A stretch of DNA of 64,000 nt from an uncultured Acidobacteriota bacterium (lineage in GTDB: Bacteria > Acidobacteriota > Vicinamibacteria > Vicinamibacterales > Fen-181): the NCBI GenBank assembly GCA_963776495.1, contig CAVZMW010000006.1:265119-329118 (forward strand). The letters run 5' to 3'. A program made the translations under genes and the position numbers. Numbering within the stretch: the stretch's first letter is position 1; each line of letters starts with the position of its first letter. The notes beneath the pieces were generated by a model. It did no database searches, was not told where the DNA came from, and saw nothing but the letters and a program-made list of their open reading frames with translations. Of the stretch, positions 31,824 through 43,084 are shown piece by piece.

Positions 31824-33488
31824 CTACCAGAAGTACAGATTGAGCGCGACCGACGCCGCGAGCACGATGACGCCGAGCACGAGCGGACGCCGGAACCACG
31901 CGAGGCCCGCAGACGACGACCTCGGCGTGAGCGAGTAGACCAGGCCCACCAGGTCCTTCTCGTCGCGCGCCTTGGTCACGAGGCTGATCAGGATCGTCAG
32001 CACGAAGCACCCGGTCCACGCGACGATGGCGCCCCAGAAGTTCTGCGCCATGTCGCTCGGATAGGTGTGCAGCAGGCCGACCCGTCCGCCCGCGACGCCG
32101 GTCAGCCCGTAATGCACGGCCGCCGCACCGGTCCCGCCCATCAGCCCCCAGAACGCCCCGTTCGGCGTCGTCTTCTTCCAGAACATGCCGAGGAGGAAGG
32201 TGGCGAACAGCGGCGCGTTGATGAACGAGAAGACGAGCTGCAGCAGGTCCATGATGTTGTTGAACATCATGGCGATGTAGGCGGTCGCGATGCTGGCGAT
32301 CGTGCCGAACACCGTCGCCATCCGTCCCATCCAGAGATAGTGCTCGTCGGGCGCGCCGGGCTTGATGTAGGTCTGGTAGATGTCGTAGGTCCAGACGGTG
32401 TTGAAGGCGGTGACGTTGCCCGCCATGCCGGACATGAAACTCGCCAGCAGCGCCGCCAGCCCCAGGCCGAGCAGCCCCGACGGATAGAGCCTCTGCAGGA
32501 GCACCGGCAGCGCGCGGTTGTAGTCGATCTTGCCGGCCGCGTCGGCGAGGCCCGCGTCGCCCACCAGCGCGAGGATCACCATCCCCGGCAGGATCACCAG
32601 GAACGGGAAGAACATCTTCGGGATCGCCGCGACGAGCGGCGTCCGCTGGGCCGCGTTCATCGACTTCGCCGCCATCGCCCGCTGCACGACCAGGAAGTCG
32701 GTGCACCAGTAGCCGAAGGAGAGGACGAAGCCGAGGCCCATCACCATCCCGAACCACTCGACGCCCATCGGGTTGGCGGACGCGCTGCCGAGGTGCTGCC
32801 ACGAGTGCGTCAGCACGCCCGGCTCGAACCCGCGCGCGACGCTCACCGCGGCGAGCTTCGCCTGCAGCCCCGGCCACCAGCCCACCGCCTTCAGGCCCAG
32901 CAGCGACAGCGGCAGGAACCCGAACACGATCAGGAAGAACTGCAGCACCTCGTTGTAGATCGAGCTGGTGAGCCCGCCGAGGAACGTGTAGCCGAGGACG
33001 ACGGCCGCGGCGATGAGGATGCTGGTGTTGATGTCCCAGCCGAGGAACTGGCGGAAGAGCAGCCCCATCGCGTACATGCTGATCCCGGACGAGAAGATCG
33101 TCATGACGGCGAACGACATCGCGTTGAATCCGCGCGTCTTCTCGTCGAAGCGGAGGCGCAGGTACTCGGGCACCGAGCGGGCGCGGCTCCCGTAGTAGAA
33201 CGGCATCATGAAGACGCCGACGAAGACCATCGCCGGGATGGCGCCCACCCAGTAGAAGTGGCTCGTCAGGATGCCGTACTTCGCGCCGCTGGCCGCCATC
33301 CCGATCACTTCCTGCGCGCCGAGATTGGCCGAGATGAACGCCAGGCCGGTGATCCAGGTGGCCAGGCTGCGGCCCGACAGGAGGAAGTCGAGGCTCGTGC
33401 GCATGTAGCGCCGGAGCGCGACGCCGATGCCGAGGACGAACACGAAGTAGAGGCCGATGACGGCGTAGTCGATCGCGTGCAGGTGCAT
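31824..33488 (-). CDS. Sodium:solute symporter (SSS family, probably sugar)
   Basis: DFLLSGRSL, SANLGA.E.IG, SVPEYL.LRF, YWCTDFLVVQRAMAA, ASFMSG; many TM segments. Confidence 0.95.
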   Translation of the reverse strand: MHLHAIDYAVIGLYFVFVLGIGVALRRYMRTSLDFLLSGRSLATWITGLAFISANLGAQEVIGMAASGAKYGILTSHFYWVGAIPAMVFVGVFMMPFYYGSRARSVPEYLRLRFDEKTRGFNAMSFAVMTIFSSGISMYAMGLLFRQFLGWDINTSILIAAAVVLGYTFLGGLTSSIYNEVLQFFLIVFGFLPLSLLGLKAVGWWPGLQAKLAAVSVARGFEPGVLTHSWQHLGSASANPMGVEWFGMVMGLGFVLSFGYWCTDFLVVQRAMAAKSMNAAQRTPLVAAIPKMFFPFLVILPGMVILALVGDAGLADAAGKIDYNRALPVLLQRLYPSGLLGLGLAALLASFMSGMAGNVTAFNTVWTYDIYQTYIKPGAPDEHYLWMGRMATVFGTIASIATAYIAMMFNNIMDLLQLVFSFINAPLFATFLLGMFWKKTTPNGAFWGLMGGTGAAAVHYGLTGVAGGRVGLLHTYPSDMAQNFWGAIVAWTGCFVLTILISLVTKARDEKDLVGLVYSLTPRSSSAGLAWFRRPLVLGVIVLAASVALNLYFW

Positions 33489-33574
33489 GCCGCGTCTCCG
33501 GGGTGACGACGTAACCGCGGGCCGAGTCGGTGCATTCTTGCATTAGGGAGGAAGCACGGCAATACTGAAACCGC

Positions 33575-33752
33575 CCCTCGACGTTGCTCGGGGCGCCCTG
33601 AGCATGGTCGAAGGGCGGCTGACGGCCGACGGCTGACGGCGGACGGCCGTGCCCAGGGTGGAACTCACGCAACGCCCTCGCGCCGGGCCTGAAGGCCCGG
33701 CCTACGAAGGTCGCTGGCTGGGCCATCAGCCTTCAGCCGTCAGCCTTCAGCC
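33575..33752. repeat. Composite repeat: inverted GGCTGAC heptamer arms enclosing a REP-like hairpin
   Basis: ggctgac ggccgac ggctgac ... gccgggcctgaaggcccggcctac ... atcagcc ttcagcc gtcagcc ttcagcc. Confidence 0.75.
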
Positions 33753-33766
33753 GATAGGAGGCTTTC

Positions 33767-35029
<1,263 letters not shown>

Positions 35030-35040
35030 TCGGATCTGAC

Positions 35041-35410
35041 GCTGGTCAATCGGCGGACGGGCGGATCAATCGGCGGACGGGCGGATCAATCGGCGGACGG
35101 GCGGATCAATCGGTAGACGGGCGGATCAATCGGCGGCCGGGCGGATCAATCGGCGGCCGGGCGGATCAATCGGCGGACGGGCGGATCAATCGGCGGACGG
35201 GCGGATCAATCGGCGGACGGGCGGATCAATCGGCGGCCGGGCGGATCAATCGGCGGCCGGGCGGATCAATCGGCGGACGGGCGGATCAATCGGTAGACGG
35301 GCGGATCAATCGGCGGACGGGCGGATCAATCGGCGGACGGGCGGATCAATCGGCGGACGGGCGGATCAATCGGCGGACGGGCGGATCAATCGGTAGACGG
35401 GCGGGTCAAT
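35041..35410 (+). repeat. 20-bp tandem array A (GCGGATCAATCGGCGGACGG), 18 full units plus a half unit
   Basis: Exact 20-bp period from 35041 to 35400; three variants of the second half (cggcggacgg, cggtagacgg, cggcggccgg). Confidence 0.97.
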
Positions 35411-35760
35411 CCGATTGACGGTCGAAGAGCCCGATTGATGCCTCTGGGTCCCGATTGACGACCGTGATCTTCGATTGACACCCGTGATCTCCGATTGACA
35501 CCCGTGGTCTCCGATTGACACCCGTGGTCTCCGATTGACACCCGTGGTCTCCGATTGACACCCGTGATCTCCGATTGACACCCGTGATCTCCGATTGACA
35601 CCCGTGATCTCCGATTGACAACCGTGGTCTCCGATTGACACCCGTGATCTCCGATTGACACCCGTAGTCTCCGATTGACACCCGTGGTCTCCGATTGACA
35701 CCCGTGATCTCCGATTGACACCCGTGGTCTCCGATTGACAACCGTGATCCCCGATTGCGT
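35411..35760 (-). repeat. 20-bp tandem array B (CCGATTGACACCCGTGRTCT), 18 cores, inverted relative to array A
   Basis: (C/T)CGATTG every 20 bp from 35411 to 35751; its reverse complement shares TCAATCGG and ACGGG with array A. Confidence 0.97.
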
Positions 35761-36834
35761 ATGTCCCTAGCACCCTACATGACCTGGGCCAAGCTGCACC
35801 CCAGGTCGCGTATCAATCTCGCGGGCAGCAACCTGCTCGCCTGCGACCTCTCCGACCTGCCCGGCGCGCGCGAGGCGCTCGAGCTGCACGGCGACAACGA
35901 CAACGGCTTCCGGCCGCTCATCGACGCGATCGCCGGCGCCTACGCCGTCGCGCCCGACATGGTGGTGACGGGCCAGGGCACCTCCGGCGCCAACTTCCTG
36001 GTGTTCGCCGCGCTCGTCACGGCGGGCGACGACGTGCTGGTGGAACGGCCGGGATACGACCCGCTGATGGGGCCGCCGATGCTGCTCGGCGCCCGCATCA
36101 CCCGGTTCGACCGCCGGTTCGAGGACGGCTACCGGCTCGACCCCGACGCCGTGCGCGACGCGATGACCGATCGGACGAAGCTCATCGTGGTGACCAACGC
36201 GCACAATCCAACCGGCGTGATGGCGGCCGAGAGCGACCTGGCCGAGGTCGGCCGGATCGCCGAGCGGCACGGCGCGCGGGTGCTCGTTGACGAGGTGTAT
36301 CTCGACACGGCGACCGACGGCCCGGTGCGCCCGGCAGCCGCCCGCTCGCCGGTCTTCATCTCCACGAGCAGCCTCACCAAGAGTTACGGCCTCGCGGGCC
36401 TGCGCTGCGGCTGGGTGCTGGCCGCGCCGGACGTCGCCGAGCGGGTCCGCCGGGCGCGGGACATCGTCGACGGCAGCGGCGCGTTCCCGGCCGAGCGCCT
36501 GTCGGTGCTGGCCTTCTCGCTGCTCGACCGCCTGGCCGCGCGCGCGCGGCGAATCCTGACGGCCAACGGCGCAACGGTCGGGCAGTTCCTGGCCGGGCGC
36601 CCGGACCTCGAGTGCGTGCGGCCCGGCGCCGGCACGGTCGTCTTCCCGCGGCTGCGCGGCGTCGGCGACGCGGGACCGTTCGTCGCGTCACTGGCGGAGC
36701 GGTTCCAGACCGACGTCGTGCCCGGCCATTTCTTCCAGGCGCCCGCACACTTCCGCCTCGGGTTCGGCGGCCGGCCGGAGGATCTCGCGGAAGGACTGGT
36801 TCAACTCGAGAAGGCGCTCGACTCGCGGGGGTGA
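35761..36834 (+). CDS. PLP-dependent aminotransferase class I/II
   Basis: NAHNPTG, VDEVY, SSLTKSYGLAGLRCGW, PGHFF...FRLGFG. Confidence 0.93.
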   Translation: MSLAPYMTWAKLHPRSRINLAGSNLLACDLSDLPGAREALELHGDNDNGFRPLIDAIAGAYAVAPDMVVTGQGTSGANFLVFAALVTAGDDVLVERPGYDPLMGPPMLLGARITRFDRRFEDGYRLDPDAVRDAMTDRTKLIVVTNAHNPTGVMAAESDLAEVGRIAERHGARVLVDEVYLDTATDGPVRPAAARSPVFISTSSLTKSYGLAGLRCGWVLAAPDVAERVRRARDIVDGSGAFPAERLSVLAFSLLDRLAARARRILTANGATVGQFLAGRPDLECVRPGAGTVVFPRLRGVGDAGPFVASLAERFQTDVVPGHFFQAPAHFRLGFGGRPEDLAEGLVQLEKALDSRG

Positions 36835-36891
36835 GCGGAGGGCGAACCCTCAGCCTCGCCCCCGCTCCCTGATCCCCGATCCCCGCCAACC

Positions 36892-38046
36892 CTACTTCGC
36901 CGAGAACGCGTAGATCGTCGTCGACTTGTAGGTCTTGCCCGGCTCGAGGATCGTCGACGGGAAGTTCGGATGGTTCACCGAGTCGGGGTAGTGCTGCGTC
37001 TCGAGGCAGAACGCGGAGTGCTTCTGGTACGGCACGCCGTGACGGTTCTTGATCGTGCCGTCCAGGAAGTTCCCCGTGTAGAGCTGGATCGCCGGCTCGG
37101 TGGTCCGCACCTCCATGGTCCGGCCGGACTTCGGTTCCACGACGCGCGCCGCGAAGGTGAGCCCGCCTCCGGCCTTCCGGAGGACGAAGTTGTGGTCGTA
37201 GCCGACCGGCGGCGCGATCGGCACCTTGTCGATCCGCGCGCCGAGCGGCGTGGGCCGGGTGAAGTCCATCATGGTCCCCTTGACCGGCGCAATCGTCCCG
37301 ATCGGGATGAGCAGATCGTCGTTCGGCGTGTAGCTGTCGGCGGCGATCGTCATGATGTGGTCGAGGACGAGGCCGTTGCCCTCGCCCGCGAGATTGAAGT
37401 AGGCGTGGTTGGTGAGGTTGAGCGGCGTCGGCTTGTCGGTCGTCGCCGTATAGTCGAGCCGCAACTCGTTGGCGTCGGTGAGCGTGTAGACCACCGTCAC
37501 GTCGAGCGTGCCCGGGTAACCCTCGTCGCCGTCCGGGCTGCGATGCGTGAACTGCACCGCCTGGCCGTCCCTCGCCGGGACAACCTCCGCCTTCCACACC
37601 ACCTTGTCGAAGCCGACGTTGCCGCCGTGCAGGTGGTGCGGCCCGTTGTTGGTGGCGAGATGGTAGGTCTTGCCGTTCAGCGTGAAGGTGCCCTTCGCGA
37701 TCCGGTTCGCGACGCGGCCGACCGTCGCGCCGAAGTACGGGGTGCCCGCGAGATACGGCTCGAGCTTGTCGAACCCGAGCAGGACGTTCGCCGGCTTGCC
37801 GGCCCTGTCCGGGACGACCAACTCGGTGAGCGTGGCGCCGTAGGTCATGATCTTCGCCGTCATGCCGTGCCGGTTGGTGAGCGTGTAGATGTCCACGGGT
37901 GTGCCGTCCTTTGTCTTGCCGAACGCGGCCTTCGAAACCGCTTTCGCGCCGGCCGGGGAAGAGGCCTGATCGCCGGCGTGGGCCTGCGACGCGGCGACGG
38001 CCGCGGCGAGCGCCATCACGATGAAGATGGAACGATGCTGGTTCAC
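36892..38046 (-). CDS. galM: Aldose 1-epimerase (mutarotase) with signal peptide
   Basis: FGATVGRVANRI, HLHGG, GYPG, NLTNHAYFNL, YDHNF, QLYTGN, CLETQHYPD; GTG start after GAAGGAG. Confidence 0.94.
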   Translation of the reverse strand: MNQHRSIFIVMALAAAVAASQAHAGDQASSPAGAKAVSKAAFGKTKDGTPVDIYTLTNRHGMTAKIMTYGATLTELVVPDRAGKPANVLLGFDKLEPYLAGTPYFGATVGRVANRIAKGTFTLNGKTYHLATNNGPHHLHGGNVGFDKVVWKAEVVPARDGQAVQFTHRSPDGDEGYPGTLDVTVVYTLTDANELRLDYTATTDKPTPLNLTNHAYFNLAGEGNGLVLDHIMTIAADSYTPNDDLLIPIGTIAPVKGTMMDFTRPTPLGARIDKVPIAPPVGYDHNFVLRKAGGGLTFAARVVEPKSGRTMEVRTTEPAIQLYTGNFLDGTIKNRHGVPYQKHSAFCLETQHYPDSVNHPNFPSTILEPGKTYKSTTIYAFSAK

Positions 38047-38066
38047 CCTTGTCTCCTTCCACTCCG

Positions 38067-40554
38067 TCACTTCGTCCTTGGGCCGATCCGCACGGTGAGC
38101 GCGCAGTCCACCCACTCGGTCGCGCCGTCGGGCACGGTGATGTCGATAATCCGGGTCCGACCGTCGCGCCCGACCTCCCGGCCGCCTTCAATCGACCGCA
38201 CGACGAGCGGTGCGCTGAACGGCACGTCCAGGCGGACGCGGTACGTCCGCCCCTGGAGACCCTGCAGCCGCGCCGTGTACACGCTCCGGCTGTCGTCGGT
38301 GCGTGTCTCGATGATCCGGAGGCGTTGCGGCGCGTCGCCGAGCCTCAGCGGGGCCTCTTCGGGCACGAGGGCGATGGTCGGTCCCGCCACCTTCGGCTGA
38401 ACCACCGAGACAGCCATCGGACCGCGCGCCCGTTCGACGAACTTGGCCGAAACGGTGCCGCCGGCATCCCGACGCACTTCCAGGTCGCCCCGCGCGCCTC
38501 GCCAGCGGATGTTCTTCACCCGGAGGAACTCCCAGCCGGGCGGCAGATGGGGAGTCAGCCGGAGTCCGCGATCGCCTTCCTCGAAGCCGACCATGCCGCG
38601 CATGACGCCGGAGACGAAGCCGGTCGTGGCAAACAACTGGTGCGGCACCGCCGCGTCCACCGACCTCAGCAGGTCGCCCGACAACAACTCCGGCAGGTAG
38701 CCGCGCCCCTCGAGGAAGGTGAGTTCCGAAAGCGACTCGAGATAGTGCCACGCGGCGTCCGGGCGGCCGCCCTTGTAGAGCGCCAGCGCGGCCCACCCGG
38801 TGAGGAACGGCCACGAGGCGCCGTTGTTGTAGGACAGCGGCGCGTAGAGCCGGCTCTCCTTCGACAGCATCCTCGCGCCCCAGTCGGTGCCGAGCCCCGC
38901 GCGCGCCAACTCGTCGAGCGTGCCGTCCACCGCGGGGCGGTCGCGATCGAAGACGCCGCGCCAGATGCCGAATGCCGGCCACACGGTCGGCTCGGCCTGG
39001 CCCGTCCCGTCCTTCATCACCGCAAAATCAATCCGCCGCCCGCCATCGTCCAGGAACCGGCAGTTGAGGGAGGCGCGGGCCTTGTCGGCGGCGGCCTGCG
39101 CGGTGGCCGCGAACGCCGGGTCGGCGATCCTCGCCAGGTCGGCCGCCGCCGCGGCGGCCTCGGTCCACGCGCTCGCGAGGAACACGTCGGTGAGGACGTC
39201 GCGGCTGCGCAGCGTGCCGGTCTCGACGGCGGCGAGTCCCGCCTTCGTGTTGTCCATCAGGCCGTCGCCGTCCTCGTCGGTCGAGACGCAGTAGTCATAC
39301 GCCTTCCGCATCGACGGCCAGAAGTCCCTCGCGAATGCCTGGTCGCCGCTGGCGCGGACGAAGTCGCGCACCGCGACGATGTAGAGCGGCGTCGTGTCGG
39401 CGTGGTAGTAGCCGTAGGGATAGTCCTCGAACCAGCGGATGTAGCCGGCGCCCTGCGACAGCTCGTGCATCATCTTGCCGTCGGCGCGCTGCCGCTTGCG
39501 GAGGAACTCGAGCGACTGCCGGACCGTGTCGAGGTCGCCGTACGAGGGAGATCGCCCACGCGTTGATGAACGCGTCGCCGCCGAAGAACCACCCGAAGCC
39601 GGGCCGCTCGGTCGTGCCCGACGGGCCGAGGCCGGCGATGAGCCCGCAGCCGAGGTGCGGGTTGCAGACGAACCCCTTGTCGAGCGCGACCTTGCCCCAC
39701 TCGAACGCGAGGTCGAACCGCGTGTCGGGCGACTCGATGCTCGTCATCTCCTCGCGAAGCCGGCGGTAGTGCGCGAACGACTCGCGGTAGAGCGCCTCGG
39801 GCGAGGCGAGGAGCCGGGCGTAGGCCTTCTTCGCCGCGTCCAGTTTCTCGACGCTCGCGGTGATGACGATCGGCACGAGGCCGCGGGCCGCGATCTCGGG
39901 CGTGATGCGGATGGCGAACTGCGACGGCGCGTCGGGCAGGTTGTGCGCCGGCTGTTCGGGCGGCGTCAGGCCGAGCGGCGATCCGACGAGCGCGGCGTTC
40001 TTCCCGCTGCCCTCGCCGATGACGTACGCCTCGAGCGTGTCGTCCCAGTAGCTGTACTGGCCGCCGAGCGCGGCCGGCCACATCGGCTTGAGGTCGGGAC
40101 GGAACTTCACGTAGACCGTCAGCGGCTCGGTCGTCTTCACGTCGAGCAGCACCAGGCCGCCGGGCTCGTCGAGCGGCACGAGCCACGTCGCGTCCACCGT
40201 GAAGGCCGCGTGCGAATAGCGCACCGTGGCCGCCTCGGGCCTGATGTCCACGGTCGATGCCAGGCTCGCGCCGGGGATCGGGTCGGCATAGGCCGCGACG
40301 CCGAACGACAGGGTGAAGTCGTGGAGGATCTTCAGCGGGTAGGCCCAGGCCTCGAAGCTGCCGTCCTCGCGGCCGAGGAACGCGGCGCGCCGGCCCGACG
40401 CTTCCATGTAGCGGGTCGGGCGCGCGGCGCCGTCGAGCGCGATCGGGTTCGGGTCGCGCGCGAAGCGGGCGACGGTGCCGGCGGCGGGGTCGGCCGCGCG
40501 GAGGGGGAGTGCGACCGCCGCCGCGCACAGGAGCGACGCGACCAGGGTCTTCAT
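38067..40554 (-). pseudogene. Secreted glycogen-debranching-like (six-hairpin) glycosidase, frameshifted near 39547
   Basis: N-part MKTLVASLL...RPGFGWFFGGDAFINAWAIS; removing one C from CCC (plus strand ggg 39546-39548) gives SYGDLDTVRQSLEFLRKRQRADGKMMHELSQ...HADTTPLY...YNNGASWPF...HQLFA. May be a sequencing error. Confidence 0.8.
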
Positions 40555-40729
40555 CGCGCGATAGTATAGCCGCCAGGGAATCAGGCGATCTCGCGATCTT
40601 GGGAAGCACGAAGTCTGAAGTCTGAAGTACGAAGTGGGAGGCAACCTCTACCAGTCTGCCTTTCCTCGCTCCGAACCGTGTTCTCATTTCTCACTTCGTA
40701 CGGCGCACATTCGGAGATTCCCCAGATGA

Positions 40730-41458
40730 TCAGTAGATCGTCGGCGGGGGATATCGAAGCGGCCCGGCCGGCGCCGGCCGGCGCTCGCGCACGGCCGTCG
40801 AGAACTGCGCCGCGGCGTCGAGCAGCGCGACGGCCAGCGGGTCCCCGGCCGGCAGGCGCTCGCCGGCCAGCTGCGCGACCGCCGCGTAGTGCCACGCCAC
40901 CAGCGGGCCGCCCCGGAACCGGTCGAGCACGCCAAGGCCGTCCCGGCGGATATCCTCGAGCGTGCACCGGAGGTTGTGCAGCGTGTCGGCCGCCTTGAGC
41001 GCCGCCTCCTCGCGCGACGCCTCCGCCAGGTGATCGAGGCGCTCCTTCTTTCGTTCGAGCCAGTCGCGCTGCCGCCGGCCGTCGTTCTTCGACTCGCTGA
41101 CCGCCATCACCAGGTCGAACACCTTCTGCCCGAACTCGTCGCTGAGGAACCTGAGAAACGCCTCCCTGAACGCCCACGCGTCGGCCGGGACGGCCAGGCG
41201 GCCGCGTCCCGCCGCCTCGCCCAGCCGCGCCTGCAGGTCGAGGTTGCCGTACCGGGCGTCCTCGACCGTGTCGTGCAGCAGGCCGGCGACGACGACGTCT
41301 TCGTCGTAGCCGTGGTCCTCGAGGAGCCGGGCCACGGCGACCGGGTGCTTGATGTACGGGATCTCCGTGCCCTTGCGCACGGCGCCGGCGTGCACGATGG
41401 TCGCGATCTGGAACGCGCGGTCGAGGCGCGGCGACGGATGGGCGAACGCGTCGGTCAT
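40730..41458 (-). CDS. HD-domain protein, Mesh1/small alarmone hydrolase-like
   Basis: AFQIA..H....RKG..IPYI.HP, AGLLHDTVED, FG..V..LV..VSE.K, W.ERK, AAD.LHN. Confidence 0.85.
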   Translation of the reverse strand: MTDAFAHPSPRLDRAFQIATIVHAGAVRKGTEIPYIKHPVAVARLLEDHGYDEDVVVAGLLHDTVEDARYGNLDLQARLGEAAGRGRLAVPADAWAFREAFLRFLSDEFGQKVFDLVMAVSESKNDGRRQRDWLERKKERLDHLAEASREEAALKAADTLHNLRCTLEDIRRDGLGVLDRFRGGPLVAWHYAAVAQLAGERLPAGDPLAVALLDAAAQFSTAVRERRPAPAGPLRYPPPTIY

Positions 41459-41493
41459 GTCGGCTCCGCGCGGCGGGCGGTGGCGCCGCGCCG

Positions 41494-42753
41494 CTACCTG
41501 GCGGCGATCGAACGCCGGAAGACCACCTTGACGGTGACGTCGGCCTCGCCGCGCTTGACGACGACGGTCGCCGTGTCGCCCCAGCGCTTGTCGGCCATCA
41601 GTCGGCTGAACGTGTCCTTCTCGGCGAGCGGCACGCCGTCGAACGACTGCAGTTCGTCGCCGACCTTGATGCCGGCCTGCGCCGCGGGCGACCCTTCCTG
41701 CACGATGATGACGCGGCGCGCCACGTTGCCGGTGCCCACGGCGGTCGAGGTGCCCATGCCCGGGTAGGCCGAGTCGATCTCGTCGAGGACGCCCCACGTG
41801 AAGTTCGCGTACGACGCCTGCGTGTCCTTCCGCAGGACGCGGCCCTGCGAGCCGACCGGCACGGGGATGATGCTCGTGATCTGGCCGTCGAACCACTTCT
41901 TCGCCTGCCGCTCGATGCCGAGGCCGTAGGCGACGTGGCCGCTGCCCACCAGCACGACCATGATCGCCTTCGGGTCGTTCGCCTGCTTGAGCGCCTGGAC
42001 GGCGTTGAAGCCCATCGTCGCGTCCCAGGTCGCCTGGGCGCTGAGCATGTTCGTCCACATCTCGTCGGGCATGTCGCCGCCGTGCACCATTCCGCCCGCG
42101 CCCTGCTCGTCCTCGAAGGTGGTCTTGAAGAACGTCAGGTGGTCGGCGCTCGAGACGTCGATGTCCTTCGGGATGTGCGCCGCCTCCTCCGGTGTGAGAT
42201 TGGCGAGCCCCTTCTTGCGCACGGCCGAGACGATCTCGCGCGGCGCGTTGACGGCGAACATCGGCGCGTGGCCCTGGCGGGCGAGCCAGAAGATGTCGCG
42301 GTAGTAGAGCCAGTTGTAGCCCCAGTTCTCGTACCACCGCGAGGCGCGGAGGAATGCCTCCTCGGTGACCCGGCCACCGTTCCACTGATCGAGGAAGCGC
42401 TGCTCGGTGTAGGGGTACATCTCGAGGCCGATCATCACGTGCCGGCCGGAGCCGATGAGCGCGTTCAGCACGCGGTACTGCACGCCGTGGAACTCGGTGC
42501 TCGTGTGCTCCTCGCCGATGAGGAGCAGCCGCGTGCCGGCAAGGCGGGCCGCAAGGTCCGCCGGGGTGATGACCTCGCCCGTCTTCGTGTCGGTGATCCC
42601 GTCGAGCACGAGGGGCGCCACGCGGTCTTTCCGGGCCGGATCCCCGATGGCCAGGTGCAGCAGCTTGTCGGCCGCGCGAGCTTGCGGAGCCGCGAGAAAC
42701 GCGGCGGCGAGGAGCAGGCTCGACAGGCGAAGGAGGAGAACGGGTCTCGGCAT
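41494..42753 (-). CDS. ChaN/Tiki-superfamily exported protein with C-terminal PDZ domain
   Basis: LLIGEEH...HGVQ, IGLEM, QATWDATM, VGSGH; PDZ GSPAAQAGIKVGD; signal peptide. Confidence 0.85.
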   Translation of the reverse strand: MPRPVLLLRLSSLLLAAAFLAAPQARAADKLLHLAIGDPARKDRVAPLVLDGITDTKTGEVITPADLAARLAGTRLLLIGEEHTSTEFHGVQYRVLNALIGSGRHVMIGLEMYPYTEQRFLDQWNGGRVTEEAFLRASRWYENWGYNWLYYRDIFWLARQGHAPMFAVNAPREIVSAVRKKGLANLTPEEAAHIPKDIDVSSADHLTFFKTTFEDEQGAGGMVHGGDMPDEMWTNMLSAQATWDATMGFNAVQALKQANDPKAIMVVLVGSGHVAYGLGIERQAKKWFDGQITSIIPVPVGSQGRVLRKDTQASYANFTWGVLDEIDSAYPGMGTSTAVGTGNVARRVIIVQEGSPAAQAGIKVGDELQSFDGVPLAEKDTFSRLMADKRWGDTATVVVKRGEADVTVKVVFRRSIAAR

Positions 42754-42818
42754 GGCAAATGCTACCACGGCTCGCGGCTTGCGCCTCTCGGCTTGCGGTC
42801 CGCTCAAAGACTTCCGAT

Positions 42819-42909
42819 AACGCAGGGCTTCAGCCCTGCGTTGACGGCGGCTTCAGCCCTGCGCTGACAGTGGCTTCATCCCTGCGTTGGCGGCGGCTTC
42901 AATCCTGCG
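42819..42909. repeat. REP-like hairpin followed by a 23-bp tandem amplification (4 units)
   Basis: aacgcagggcttcagccctgcgtt, then GGCTTCA(G/T/A)(C/T)CCTGCG at 42826, 42849, 42872 and 42895. Confidence 0.8.
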
Positions 42910-43084
42910 CCGGGACCGGCGTCGCGTTGAGATGGCCCTGCGTGACGTCGTCCACTTGATGACGAGCCCGACGCCCGCCGGCGACGAGCGCGCGCCACTT
43001 CCGCCTATTTGCGTTTTAGACTGTCATCGATAATAATGACTTTCGTTGTTATCGGATCCGCCAATAGGGAGTCGGAGGGAGCCG

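Noticed and set aside
35041-35760. CRISPR array or repeat-protein ORFs (34696-35418, 35366-35773 etc.)
   Set aside because: Units are contiguous with no unique spacers and no cas genes nearby. The ORFs are stop-free by-products of a 20-bp period that cycles through all frames.
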